The translations under genes were made by a program, and so were the position numbers. The notes under the pieces were generated by a model. It had not been told where the DNA came from. It saw nothing but the letters and a program-made list of their open reading frames with translations, and ran no database searches. This document shows positions 1 to 8,331 of a stretch of DNA of 15,768 nt, in pieces; positions within the stretch are counted from its first letter, which is position 1, and each line of letters begins with the position of its first letter. Source of the stretch: Clostridia bacterium (GTDB lineage Bacteria; Bacillota; Clostridia; TANB77; CAG-508); assembly GCA_022795675.1 (NCBI GenBank), contig JAAWHY010000020.1, positions 1 to 15,768 on the forward strand. The letters run 5' to 3'.

Positions 1-18
1 ATACATATTAATATGTAT
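1..18. repeat. Perfect 18-bp palindrome ATACATATTAATATGTAT at the window edge, followed by a T-run (TTTTTTTATTTTT). Possible weak terminator of an upstream plus-strand gene, or an operator.
   Basis: The 18-mer read directly is its own reverse complement. A T-tract follows at 23-37. Confidence 0.35.
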
Positions 19-69
19 ATGCTGTTTTTTTATTTTTAGAACTCTATTTTTTTGTTTTTGAAATTAACA

Positions 70-97
70 GAAGCACTCACCTAAGCAAGTGCTTCTC
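70..97. other. Stable hairpin of unknown function in a non-coding region: AGAAGCACT / AGTGCTTCT, 9-bp stem with a 10-nt loop.
   Basis: Inverted repeat read directly. Neither strand has a U-tract after it, so it is not a classical terminator. Confidence 0.3.
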
Positions 98-420
98 ATT
101 AACGTAAGTTTGACATATGTGCCCTTTCCTGTATTTCTTTTGACCTTATTTCTAAGGTGCGTAGCAGTACAAATCTCCACTTTAAATCCTATGTTCTTAT
201 TGTATCTTTATTATAACATTTTTATTCCTTTTTGTAAACACATTTATTCCTTTGCACACGGCAATTTCATCTATTATTACAAAATTATAACATTTAAATA
301 ACTAAATTTTATAGAGATATGGGATATCTATTTTTCGTAAAAAACCTTGTTACTTTGTATCATGTTTTTCAGCTCTGTCGCTTTTCCCGAAAAAATGGAA
401 AAGAGAACCGTCCCCATTTC

Positions 421-458
421 CACAAATAAAAAGAGGGGACCATATTGTTGGTACCCTC
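421..458 (-). terminator. Rho-independent terminator downstream of the flotillin gene.
   Basis: Minus-strand RNA reads GAGGGTACCAACAATATGGTCCCCTC followed by TTTTTATTTG. The stem is 10 bp with one mismatch. It lies about 75 nt after the floT stop. Confidence 0.55.
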
Positions 459-530
459 CAAAAAGAATGTAGTGGATTAGTAACTAACCTAAAAGTTTAT
501 GCTGTGGATTTTATTCAGTTTTGATTTTTC

Positions 531-2240
531 TCAACCTTGGAAAGCGTCTTCTGTGGTGTTTTTCAAAGCACCAAGACCACTGAAAGTTGCATCAGAGAGC
601 TCCTTAATTTCGTCAGCCATGGACTGTCCGTTAAGCGCCTGATTTTCAACATTGAGCACTTTCATGATTCCAGGAATGGACATGATAGTGTCTAAAAGAG
701 CATTTCCACCTCCTCCCGTACCATTAAGTCCAGCGAGGTTACCGCCGCCAATATTGACGAACTCTGCATTCTGACCGATATTGGCCATAATTTCTGCAGT
801 GCTGGTAGCAATCTTAATCTGAGCGTCAGTCTGAATTTTCAACTTTTCAATTTCGAAGTTTACATTATTACAAGCAGCCCGTGCTTCAGCAAGTGCACGT
901 TCACCTTCTGCTTCAGCAAGCTTCTTAGCTTTAATACCTTCTGCTTCTGCAAGCTGCTGAGCTTTAGTACCTTCTGCTTCTGCGAGAAGCTGGGCCTTAC
1001 GACCTTCTGCTTCTGCTACCTGCTGAGCCTTAGCAACATCTGCTGCTGCGCTACCTTCTGCACGAGTCTTGGCAGCAGTAGCTTCTGCTTGTAATTTGAC
1101 TGCTTTTGCATCCTTCTCAGCAACAGCAACACGTGCTTCAGCCTGAGTCTTCTGAACATCTGCGCTACCTTCTGCTTCCTTGCGCTTAGCATTAGCCTTA
1201 CGCTCAGCTACCTGAATTTCATTGTCAGCCTCAATAGAGTTAACTTCAGCAATAGCCTCTGCGTTAATGCGCTTAGTAGCCTTTTCAGACTCAGCACGAG
1301 TAACCATAACTGCTCTTTCCTTCTGTGCTGCGAGATTCATCTGCTCCTGCTTCATAATCTCAACAGCACCACGCTGTTCTTCAACTTCTTTCTGTCTTAT
1401 AGTCGCCTGAAGTTCCTTTGCAACTTCGGCATTTGCCTGGGCAGTGTCGGTCTCAATACGGAACTGAGCAATTTTCATATCAGTTTCCTTTCTCTTTTCC
1501 TTTTCTGCCTGTTCAGCATCCATGCGAGCAACTTCAGAATCACGGTTTGCTTCAGCTTCAGCTCTTTCTGCTACAAGACGTTCATTAGCCTGACGTTCAC
1601 GGGTGATACGATCAGTCTCAGCAGCCTTGATATCAGCAGCTTTCTGCTTCTCGGATTTATCGAGGAATGCAATGTTCGCAAAATAATCATTGCTGTCGGT
1701 AATATCCTGGATGTTGAGGGAAACGAGTTCAAGCCCCATCTTGTTCATCTCATCATCAACAGATTCCTGAACGTTTCTCTTAAATGCCTCTTTATCAGCA
1801 AGAACCTCCTCAGGTGTCATACTTGCAACAACGTCACGAACGGCACCCATAAGGGTAAGACGAACATCCTCGATTATACCTGCTTTCCCCCTTTCTTTAA
1901 AAGAGATAATGGCAGTTTCGAGCTTCTCCTCGTTGTGTCTGTCAGGACGAATCTGAGCTGTCCAGTCAACAATAATTGGAACTGCTGTCTTGGTCATAAT
2001 CTCATCTTCATCTGCCGGAACAGTGAGCATACAAAGGTCAAAGAAATCTGCTTTCCTAATAATAGGAATCACGAAGGCACCGCCAGAGATAATGATCTTA
2101 GGCTTCTTACCACCTGTAATGATAAGAGCTTTGTCAACGTCAGCAATGCGATACATGCTCTTCGCAAGCAGAACAAGTGCCAGAAGTACAAAAAGTCCAA
2201 TGATAATAGGGATAGTAATGGATAAAATCGTTCCTGTCAT
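531..2240 (-). CDS. floT: Flotillin (SPFH/band-7 family, FloT/YuaG-like), 569 aa.
   Basis: Domain order is an N-terminal TM helix, an SPFH core, a long Ala/Glu-rich coiled coil with AEAEGxKAxxL repeats, and a Gly-rich C-terminus. It starts at ATG, with AAGGAG 10 nt upstream. Codon usage (CGT, CTG, CTC, ATC, GGT/GGC) and G+C are clearly different from the neighbouring genes. Confidence 0.9.
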   Translation of the reverse strand: MTGTILSITIPIIIGLFVLLALVLLAKSMYRIADVDKALIITGGKKPKIIISGGAFVIPIIRKADFFDLCMLTVPADEDEIMTKTAVPIIVDWTAQIRPDRHNEEKLETAIISFKERGKAGIIEDVRLTLMGAVRDVVASMTPEEVLADKEAFKRNVQESVDDEMNKMGLELVSLNIQDITDSNDYFANIAFLDKSEKQKAADIKAAETDRITRERQANERLVAERAEAEANRDSEVARMDAEQAEKEKRKETDMKIAQFRIETDTAQANAEVAKELQATIRQKEVEEQRGAVEIMKQEQMNLAAQKERAVMVTRAESEKATKRINAEAIAEVNSIEADNEIQVAERKANAKRKEAEGSADVQKTQAEARVAVAEKDAKAVKLQAEATAAKTRAEGSAAADVAKAQQVAEAEGRKAQLLAEAEGTKAQQLAEAEGIKAKKLAEAEGERALAEARAACNNVNFEIEKLKIQTDAQIKIATSTAEIMANIGQNAEFVNIGGGNLAGLNGTGGGGNALLDTIMSIPGIMKVLNVENQALNGQSMADEIKELSDATFSGLGALKNTTEDAFQG

Positions 2241-2326
2241 AATAAAAAACTCCTTTTCTTTTTGATTTTAATCAATATTCTCCACTACATTATTCTTTTA
2301 TTGTACAACATAAACTCTATCTCTAT

Positions 2327-2355
2327 ATTATACCACACATCTATACTTATGTAAA
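2327..2355 (-). promoter_or_regulatory. Sigma-A-type promoter for floT (TTTACA-17 nt-TGGTATAAT, extended -10).
   Basis: The plus strand reads attata (2327-2332), then a 17-nt spacer, then tgtaaa (2350-2355). That is a consensus -10 with an upstream TG, and a 5/6 match at -35. It sits about 95 nt upstream of the floT ATG. Confidence 0.5.
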
Positions 2356-2499
2356 CATTTTTGACGATTAAATTAGGGGTGCTTCATCAAATATTGCAAT
2401 AGTCCTATAATTTTTGAGCTTGCAATCATTAACATTTATTGGAAATATCACAATTTTGTAACAAATAATGAAATGCCCCCTATCCTTTGCATTAATTTT

Positions 2500-3384
2500 C
2501 TAAAACTCCCAATTTGGAACATATTCTTCTTCATGTTCTCCTAATTCTTGAATATATCCATTTTCTAAGTCTAATTTATATAAATAATTTTCTATTTCTT
2601 TATATTCCTCTTTTGTTAATTTTCTGTTTAAGTCGCTTTGCATTGCATTATATGTTGGAAAGTATTGTGCCATTACACTTACATAGACTTTATTTCCTAA
2701 ATTAGTTTTTATCCACTTTAAGATTCTTTTTGAGTTTTCAATATGATTTGGAAGTACTAAATGTCTTATTATAACTCCCTTTTTTATGATTCCTTTTTCA
2801 TCTATATTTGGACTTCCAACTTGTTTATACATTTCTTTTATAGCTTTTGTAGATATATCAAAATAATTATTTACTTTTGAATATTTTTCCCCTAATTCAT
2901 TATAATAGTATTTTAAGTCTGGTAAGTAAACATCAATATAGCCTTCTAATATTTTTATGGTTTCTATGTTTTCATATCCATTTGAATTATATATTATTGG
3001 TATATTTAATCCATTTTCCTTTGCGATTTTTATTGCCTCTATTATTTGATAAGCATAGATTGTAGGTGATACTAGGTTTATATTATTTGCTCCCTTTTCT
3101 TGTTGTTTTATAAATATATCTGCTAATTCATCAATGCATATTTCTTTACCTCTTCCAGTTTGACTTATTTCATAATTTTGGCAAAATATACAATTTAAAT
3201 TACAGTTAGAAAAAAATACTGTTCCTGAGACTTTTTCTCCACTAATACATGGTTCTTCAAATTTATGTAATGAATATAATGCAATTTTGATTTTATCTGT
3301 TCCCTTACATCTCCCTAATTTTTCTTTTCTATTAATATTACATTTATGTGGGCATGTGTTACAATTTTCTAGTTCTTTTAACAT
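2500..3384 (-). CDS. Radical SAM protein, PflX-like (COG1313-type homolog of pyruvate formate-lyase activating enzymes), 294 aa.
   Basis: It carries a CNLNCIFC motif (CxxxCxxC, the radical-SAM [4Fe-4S] cluster) and an extra N-terminal CNTCPHKC cysteine cluster. Size and layout fit the PflA/PflX activase family. It starts at ATG 3382-3384. Confidence 0.8.
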   Translation of the reverse strand: MLKELENCNTCPHKCNINRKEKLGRCKGTDKIKIALYSLHKFEEPCISGEKVSGTVFFSNCNLNCIFCQNYEISQTGRGKEICIDELADIFIKQQEKGANNINLVSPTIYAYQIIEAIKIAKENGLNIPIIYNSNGYENIETIKILEGYIDVYLPDLKYYYNELGEKYSKVNNYFDISTKAIKEMYKQVGSPNIDEKGIIKKGVIIRHLVLPNHIENSKRILKWIKTNLGNKVYVSVMAQYFPTYNAMQSDLNRKLTKEEYKEIENYLYKLDLENGYIQELGEHEEEYVPNWEF

Positions 3385-3413
3385 TTTGATATATTGTCCC
3401 TTTCTTAATTTTT

Positions 3414-3441
3414 ATATGCAAAAGAGGCTCATGGGAGCCTC
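3414..3441 (-). terminator. Rho-independent terminator of the rpsF-ssb-rpsR operon.
   Basis: The minus-strand RNA reads GAGGCTC-CCAT-GAGCCTC (7-bp GC-rich stem) followed by TTTTGCATAT. It begins 13 nt after the rpsR stop. Confidence 0.6.
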
Positions 3442-3453
3442 CTTACTTATTTA

Positions 3454-3732
3454 TTAATTTTGTGAATAAGGTAATAATGCTATTTGTCTACATCTCTTTA
3501 CTGCTAATGTTATATCTCTTTGATGTTTTGCACAAGCACCTGTAGCTCTTCTTGGTAGTATTTTTCCTTTTTCATTTATGAATTTTTTTAATTGTTCTGG
3601 ATTTTTATAATCTAAAACTAAGTTCTTATCACTACAAAGTAAGCATACCTTTTTTCTCATTCTTTTGAATTTAGGATTAAAATCTTCATCATTATTGTTA
3701 TTATTTCTTCTATTATTTTTCTTGTCTGCCAT
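3454..3732 (-). CDS. rpsR: 30S ribosomal protein S18.
   Basis: The C-terminal signature [23 protein letters not shown] is classic S18. The size is 92 aa and the gene is last in the S6-SSB-S18 operon. Confidence 0.95.
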   Translation of the reverse strand: MADKKNNRRNNNNNDEDFNPKFKRMRKKVCLLCSDKNLVLDYKNPEQLKKFINEKGKILPRRATGACAKHQRDITLAVKRCRQIALLPYSQN

Positions 3733-3755
3733 TCTTCTTTCCCCCTATCTAATTT

Positions 3756-4187
3756 TTAAAATGGTAAATCATCACTAGGTGTAACCTCAAAATCAGGATT
3801 TGGATTTGGGTTTGATGCAACATTTCCAAATGTATCTTCAAAGTTTGAAGAAGTTCCTTCTGAGTCTCTTTTTCCATCTGCAAAGTATGCTTCTTCTGCA
3901 ACAACTTCAGTAACATAGTGTTTTTGTCCTTGTTCATCATCCCATGTTCTTGTTTGTATTCTTCCTATGATACCTACTTGTTGACCTTTTTTGAAATATT
4001 TACTACAAAATTCTGCAAGTTTACTCCATACTACAATATTTATAAAATCTGCTTGTCTTTCTTCCCCTTGTCTTACAAATCTTCTATTTACTGCTAAGCT
4101 AAAGCTTGCTACCATAGTATTATTAGTTTGTGTATATCTAACCTCTGGGTCTCTTGTTAATCTTCCCATTAAAATTACTTTGTTCAT
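3756..4187 (-). CDS. ssb: Single-stranded DNA-binding protein.
   Basis: The N-terminus reads MNKVILMGRLTRDPEVRYT. There is an OB-fold core and an acidic C-terminal tail ending DDLPF. The gene sits between rpsF and rpsR. Confidence 0.95.
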   Translation of the reverse strand: MNKVILMGRLTRDPEVRYTQTNNTMVASFSLAVNRRFVRQGEERQADFINIVVWSKLAEFCSKYFKKGQQVGIIGRIQTRTWDDEQGQKHYVTEVVAEEAYFADGKRDSEGTSSNFEDTFGNVASNPNPNPDFEVTPSDDLPF

Positions 4188-4236
4188 ATCTAATTCCTTC
4201 TTTCTATCTCAGATTTTGGCTCCCTAGTTTTAACAA

Positions 4237-4521
4237 TTAATCTTCTACTCTTACAGTTATAAATTTTATAACTTCGTCTGTTATTCTGTAGTTTCTTTCT
4301 AGTTCTACTATTAGTTCTGGTTTTGCTTCAAAATTAAATACTACATAGTAACCTTCTGTGTTCTTTTTTACTTCATAGGCTAATTTTTTTCTTCCTACTT
4401 CTTGAACATTCTCAATTTTTCCATCACTATTAATCAAATCAGTAAATCTAGCTATAAGAGCTTTGATTCCTTCTTCTGTAACATCTTGACCAATAATGAC
4501 AACACTTTCGTATTTATTCAT
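4237..4521 (-). CDS. rpsF: 30S ribosomal protein S6. The true start is the internal ATG at 4519-4521, not the longer ORF in the track.
   Basis: MNKYESVVII... is the S6 N-terminus. AAAGGAGGTGG lies 9 nt upstream of this ATG. The track ORF extends upstream only through an alternative start codon. Confidence 0.9.
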   Translation of the reverse strand: MNKYESVVIIGQDVTEEGIKALIARFTDLINSDGKIENVQEVGRKKLAYEVKKNTEGYYVVFNFEAKPELIVELERNYRITDEVIKFITVRVED

Positions 4522-4607
4522 TATTTTCCACCTCCTTTTGGATATATATCCCGTAAACTTGTTACGAGAAAGGATGAAAAAAGTTATTTCTCTTTTCAAA
4601 CATGGTT

Positions 4608-4636
4608 ATTCTACCATATTTTACATGTTTTTTCAA
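4608..4636 (-). promoter_or_regulatory. Sigma-A promoter of the rpsF operon (TTGAAA-17 nt-TAGAAT), leaving a 5'UTR of about 86 nt.
   Basis: Plus-strand tttcaa lies at 4631-4636 and attcta at 4608-4613, with an exact 17-nt spacer. The leader contains the GGATATATATCC palindrome just before the RBS. Confidence 0.5.
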
Positions 4637-4684
4637 GTGGTTTTATAAAAAATTTTAACGTTCTGCAAATTATTACTCTCTGTA

Positions 4685-5260
4685 TTAATCACATAATTTT
4701 ATACCAGCTTGCTCCATTAGCTTAAATGCTATTTCATTATATTCATCTCTGTTATGTATAGGCGAATCATATGTTTCAACTGCATTTTTAGGTACCTTAA
4801 TCACTATATTTCTATCTTTTTGGTCAAAGTAATTCTGCAAAGGAATTGCTAAATTTATGATACATATATCTGTACAACATCCTATTATAATTACTTCTTG
4901 TAGATTAACCATTTTATCTATATCTTCTAAAAAATTAGGTGCATAAATTGTACTTGTAGAATTTTTATTATATACTAATGCTCCTGTTTCAAATTGTACT
5001 AATTCTTCTACTAATTCCGCTTCTTCTGTTCCTTCTACACAATGCACAGGGTACCTATTAAACTCTCTACAATTTTCTTTGTGAGTGTCTTTTATTATAG
5101 CTATTTCTCCATTTTCTTTTTCCTGCATTTCTGTCATTAATTTAATGTGTTCTGGAATTATATGTTTTATATATGTATCCGCCATAGCTCCTTTTTTTAC
5201 AAATCCATTTACCATATCAACATTAACTAATAACTCTCTTACTGTTTTTAAATCTTTCAT
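4685..5260 (-). CDS. Isochorismatase-family cysteine hydrolase, probably a nicotinamidase (PncA-like).
   Basis: The N-terminal VNVDMVNGF matches the D-box of the isochorismatase family. YPVHCVEGT matches the nicotinamidase WPxHCVxGT motif. The catalytic Cys sits in GCCTDICI. AAGGAG lies 7 nt upstream of the ATG. Confidence 0.75.
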   Translation of the reverse strand: MKDLKTVRELLVNVDMVNGFVKKGAMADTYIKHIIPEHIKLMTEMQEKENGEIAIIKDTHKENCREFNRYPVHCVEGTEEAELVEELVQFETGALVYNKNSTSTIYAPNFLEDIDKMVNLQEVIIIGCCTDICIINLAIPLQNYFDQKDRNIVIKVPKNAVETYDSPIHNRDEYNEIAFKLMEQAGIKLCD

Positions 5261-5278
5261 GATATTTCTCCTTTTATT

Positions 5279-6799
5279 TTACATTAATGGTGCACCTAAT
5301 TTTAATACTGCTTGAAATATGGATTTTATAAATCCTGGGTTACTTTCTTTTTCTGAAATTAAATGACTTTTTTCCATTGTATCTAAAGCATCTCTTTTTA
5401 TTTCTTCTATTACTTTTGATTCATAAATGTATATTCCACATTCAAAATGTAAATATAGACTTCTATAATCTAAATTAAGAGTTCCTACTGTGGCTATATT
5501 ATCATCACATACAAATACTTTTGAATGTAAGAATCCTGGTGTATATTCATATATCTTTACACCATCTTTTTTTAGCATTTTATAATATGAACGTGTTAAT
5601 GTGAATACAATCTTTTTATCTGGAATTCCTGGTGTTACAATTCTTACATCTACTCCCCTTTTACTTGCTAAGGTTATTGCAGATAACATTTCACTATCTA
5701 TAATAAGATATGGTGTAAATATATACACATATTTTTTTGCTTGATTTATTATGTTTAAATAAACATTTTCTCCAACAATTTCATCATCTAATGGATTTTC
5801 TCCATATGGTAGTATATATCCATCTGCTTTTACATCTTTTATTGTTGGTCTAAATTTCTCAAATGTGTCATCATCTTCTCTATATGCATTCCAAATTTTC
5901 AAGAACATAACTGTAAAGTTCCATGTTGCTTCGCCTTTTATCATTATTCCATTATCTTTCCAATGTCCATATTTTTCTTTTTTATTTATATATTCATCTG
6001 CAATATTAATTCCTCCACTAAATGAAACATTTCCATCTATTACCATTATTTTTCTATGATCCCTATTATTCATAATAACTGCAATTATTGGCTTTAATTT
6101 ATTAAATACAACACATTTAATTCCTTTAGATTCTAAAAATCTGTCATATTTATTGGGCAATGAACTTATACTTCCAACATCGTCATATATTACTCTAACA
6201 TCTACACCCTCTTTTACTTTTTGTTCTAGTATATCCAATATTCCTTGCCACATTTTTCCTTTCCCAATTATAAAATATTCTAAAAATATAAATTTTTTTG
6301 CTTTTTTTAGTTCCTCTATCATTACTGGATATACATCTTCTCCTAGAGGAAAATATTTTATTTCAGTATTATCATATATTGGATATCCTACATAATTTGA
6401 AATATATTGAACTTGCCCATATATCCCTAAATCCTTATTAGATATATTCTCCATTATTTTTGAATCTTGTACTAAATATTTCTTTGCTTTTTCTCTATTT
6501 CCATTTATCTTTTTTAACATTGGTGTAGAGTATAAATTTGCACCTACAAATACATACAATAATCCTCCAAAAAAAGGAACTAATATTATTAATATTATCC
6601 ATGGTAATTTATTATCTAGATGTCTTTCATTTTTTATTATTGTTAATGCTATTAATATACTTAAAATAGTTAATATTACATTTAAAGGTATATAACCTCT
6701 AAAATTTGCGACTATTAATAATAACCAAACTATTTGTACTACTATACATATTGCAATAATTCCTATTCTACTAAATATTAATTTTAATATGTTCCCCAT
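5279..6799 (-). CDS. cls: Cardiolipin synthase (phospholipase-D superfamily).
   Basis: There are two HKD motifs, HRKIMVIDGNVSFSGGINIADEY and HSKVFVCDDNIATVGTLNLDYRS, and two N-terminal TM helices. The start is 13 nt from the preceding stop, with AGAGG 8 nt upstream, so the genes are translationally coupled. Confidence 0.9.
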   Translation of the reverse strand: MGNILKLIFSRIGIIAICIVVQIVWLLLIVANFRGYIPLNVILTILSILIALTIIKNERHLDNKLPWIILIILVPFFGGLLYVFVGANLYSTPMLKKINGNREKAKKYLVQDSKIMENISNKDLGIYGQVQYISNYVGYPIYDNTEIKYFPLGEDVYPVMIEELKKAKKFIFLEYFIIGKGKMWQGILDILEQKVKEGVDVRVIYDDVGSISSLPNKYDRFLESKGIKCVVFNKLKPIIAVIMNNRDHRKIMVIDGNVSFSGGINIADEYINKKEKYGHWKDNGIMIKGEATWNFTVMFLKIWNAYREDDDTFEKFRPTIKDVKADGYILPYGENPLDDEIVGENVYLNIINQAKKYVYIFTPYLIIDSEMLSAITLASKRGVDVRIVTPGIPDKKIVFTLTRSYYKMLKKDGVKIYEYTPGFLHSKVFVCDDNIATVGTLNLDYRSLYLHFECGIYIYESKVIEEIKRDALDTMEKSHLISEKESNPGFIKSIFQAVLKLGAPLM

Positions 6800-6812
6800 T
6801 TTTACCTCTTTA

Positions 6813-8126
6813 TTATTCCTCTATTTCATCATTTTCTATTTGTTCAACCTTACATGCTTTTACTTTTGAAATATGCCTATCTTTTACATTTTCAATTTTG
6901 TATGCTACTTTTTCTGTTTCTATTACTACTCCTTTATCTTTCTCAGTTGGAATTCTTCCTAATTCTTCTACTAAATATCCTGAAAGTGTATCATAATCTC
7001 CTTCTTCAATATCTATTCCTAAAATATCTTCAACTTCATATATTGCTAATTTTCCATTTAGTACAAATGTATTTTCATCTATTTGGTCAATTAATTTCTC
7101 TACTTTGTCATATTCATCATAGATGTCTCCAACTATTTCTTCTAGTATATCTTCCATTGTGACAATTCCTGATGTTCCACCATATTCATCTATTACTATC
7201 GCGATTTGTTTTCTATTTTTTCTTAGTTCTTCAAATAATTCATTTACTGGTTTTGTTTCTGATACAAAAAATACTTCTTTCATTAGATTTTTTATTTTTG
7301 TATTTTTATTTTTTGTAGATAATAAAATATCTTTTATATATACTATTCCTTTTATTTTATCTATTTTTTCATCATATACTGGAACTCTACTATATCTTAA
7401 ATCTTCTGATAATTCTTCGATTACCTCTGAAATTGACATATTCATATCTAAAGCAAATATCTCTGTTCTAGGTATCATAATTTCTGATACAACTTTGTCG
7501 TTGAATTCAAATACATTGTTAAGCATATTTTTTTCTTCTTCATCTATTGTTCCTTTTTCTTTTCCAACATCTATCATCATTCTAATTTCTTCTTCTGTTA
7601 CAGTTTCTTCTTCACTTTCTGATACTCCAAATAATTTTGAGACTATATTTGTAGAAAGTGTTAAAAATTTAACAAATGGTGATGTTATTACAGATATTGT
7701 TTTTATGATTCCAATAGAAGCAAAAGCTATTTTTTCACTATTTTTCATTGCTAGTCTTTTTGGTACTAATTCCCCAAATATTAACGTGAAATATGATAAT
7801 ATAATTGTAATTACTATAATTGCGATATTATTCCATGCTGTTAAACTTATTGCTGGAATCCATCTATTTAATATTGGTGCTAATTCACTTGCAAAAGTTT
7901 CTGATGCAAAGGCACTTGATAAAAATCCCGCAAGTGTTATTCCTATTTGAATTGTTGCTAAGAACTTACTTGGGTTTACTAACATTTCCTTAATCTTTTT
8001 CGCTTTTTTATTTCCTTGTTTTGCTTGTAAATCTATTTTTGCATCATTTAATGAAATAAAAGCTATCTCTGCTGCTGCAAAAAAGGCATTTAATAATATT
8101 AAAATTATAATTACTAATATTTGCAT
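6813..8126 (-). CDS. Hemolysin-family / CNNM (DUF21)-CBS-CorC_HlyC transporter-associated protein. The start is revised to the ATG at 8124-8126.
   Basis: Multi-TM DUF21 N-terminus, then a tandem CBS region, then a CorC/HlyC C-terminal domain. AAAAGGAG lies 8 nt upstream of MQILV. The track's longer ORF adds 14 residues with no RBS. Confidence 0.85.
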   Translation of the reverse strand: MQILVIIILILLNAFFAAAEIAFISLNDAKIDLQAKQGNKKAKKIKEMLVNPSKFLATIQIGITLAGFLSSAFASETFASELAPILNRWIPAISLTAWNNIAIIVITIILSYFTLIFGELVPKRLAMKNSEKIAFASIGIIKTISVITSPFVKFLTLSTNIVSKLFGVSESEEETVTEEEIRMMIDVGKEKGTIDEEEKNMLNNVFEFNDKVVSEIMIPRTEIFALDMNMSISEVIEELSEDLRYSRVPVYDEKIDKIKGIVYIKDILLSTKNKNTKIKNLMKEVFFVSETKPVNELFEELRKNRKQIAIVIDEYGGTSGIVTMEDILEEIVGDIYDEYDKVEKLIDQIDENTFVLNGKLAIYEVEDILGIDIEEGDYDTLSGYLVEELGRIPTEKDKGVVIETEKVAYKIENVKDRHISKVKACKVEQIENDEIEE

Positions 8127-8284
8127 ATATATTCTCCTTTTTATTTTATATAATTTGTAGTTTACCACAATATATAAAATTTATCAATAATTTCTAATTT
8201 AATTTTATGATAAATTATTACCAATATCTCTAAGTAATTTTTATTTTTGTTTTTATGAACTTTGCTTTTAATACCCTACTATAT

Positions 8285-8323
8285 CTATATAAACAATTTA
8301 GAGCAGACTTATATTGTCTGCTC
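8285..8323 (-). terminator. Probable rho-independent terminator after zupT.
   Basis: The minus RNA reads GAGCAGAC-AATATAA-GTCTGCTC (8-bp stem) followed by TAAATTGTTTATATAG (moderately U-rich). It lies 9 nt after the zupT stop. Confidence 0.5.
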
Positions 8324-8331
8324 TATGAATT

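Noticed and set aside
59-105. The 11-aa Cys-rich peptide MRSTCLGECFC, encoded on the minus strand inside the 70-97 hairpin.
   Set aside because: It is too short, has no RBS, and its sequence is dictated by the palindrome itself.
89-301. The 70-aa plus-strand ORF in the left non-coding region.
   Set aside because: Low-complexity Phe/Leu/Tyr-rich product of AT-rich DNA. It has no RBS and no recognisable motif.
1222-2265. Plus-strand ORFs antisense to floT (1222-1410, 1935-2225, 1990-2265).
   Set aside because: They lie wholly inside a well-supported CDS on the opposite strand and have no RBS. They are typical shadow ORFs.
312-2325. ATAGAGATA at 312-320 and its reverse complement at 2317-2325, read as inverted repeats bounding the floT island.
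   Set aside because: A 9-nt AT-rich match is within chance expectation. The right copy sits inside the floT promoter and 5'UTR rather than at a composition boundary.
2500-3384. The radical SAM protein as a prokaryotic viperin or other defence enzyme.
   Set aside because: The extra N-terminal Cys cluster and overall layout fit the PflA/PflX activase family better. There is no adjacent nucleotide kinase, no companion defence gene and no mobile-element context. This is kept only as a low-interest note.
7123-7950. The 275-aa plus-strand ORF antisense to the CNNM/hemolysin gene, together with other antisense ORFs (6854-7162, 9507-10352, 11581-11937, 13279-13935, 14110-14433).
   Set aside because: Their Ser/Ile/Phe/Leu-rich low-complexity translations are typical of the reverse strand of AT-rich genes. 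None has an RBS.
8273-8278. A GTAGGG motif near the zupT terminator, as a further member of the G+C hairpin family.
   Set aside because: It lies after rather than before the hairpin, and the stem sequence (GAGCAGAC) is unrelated. I take it as coincidence.
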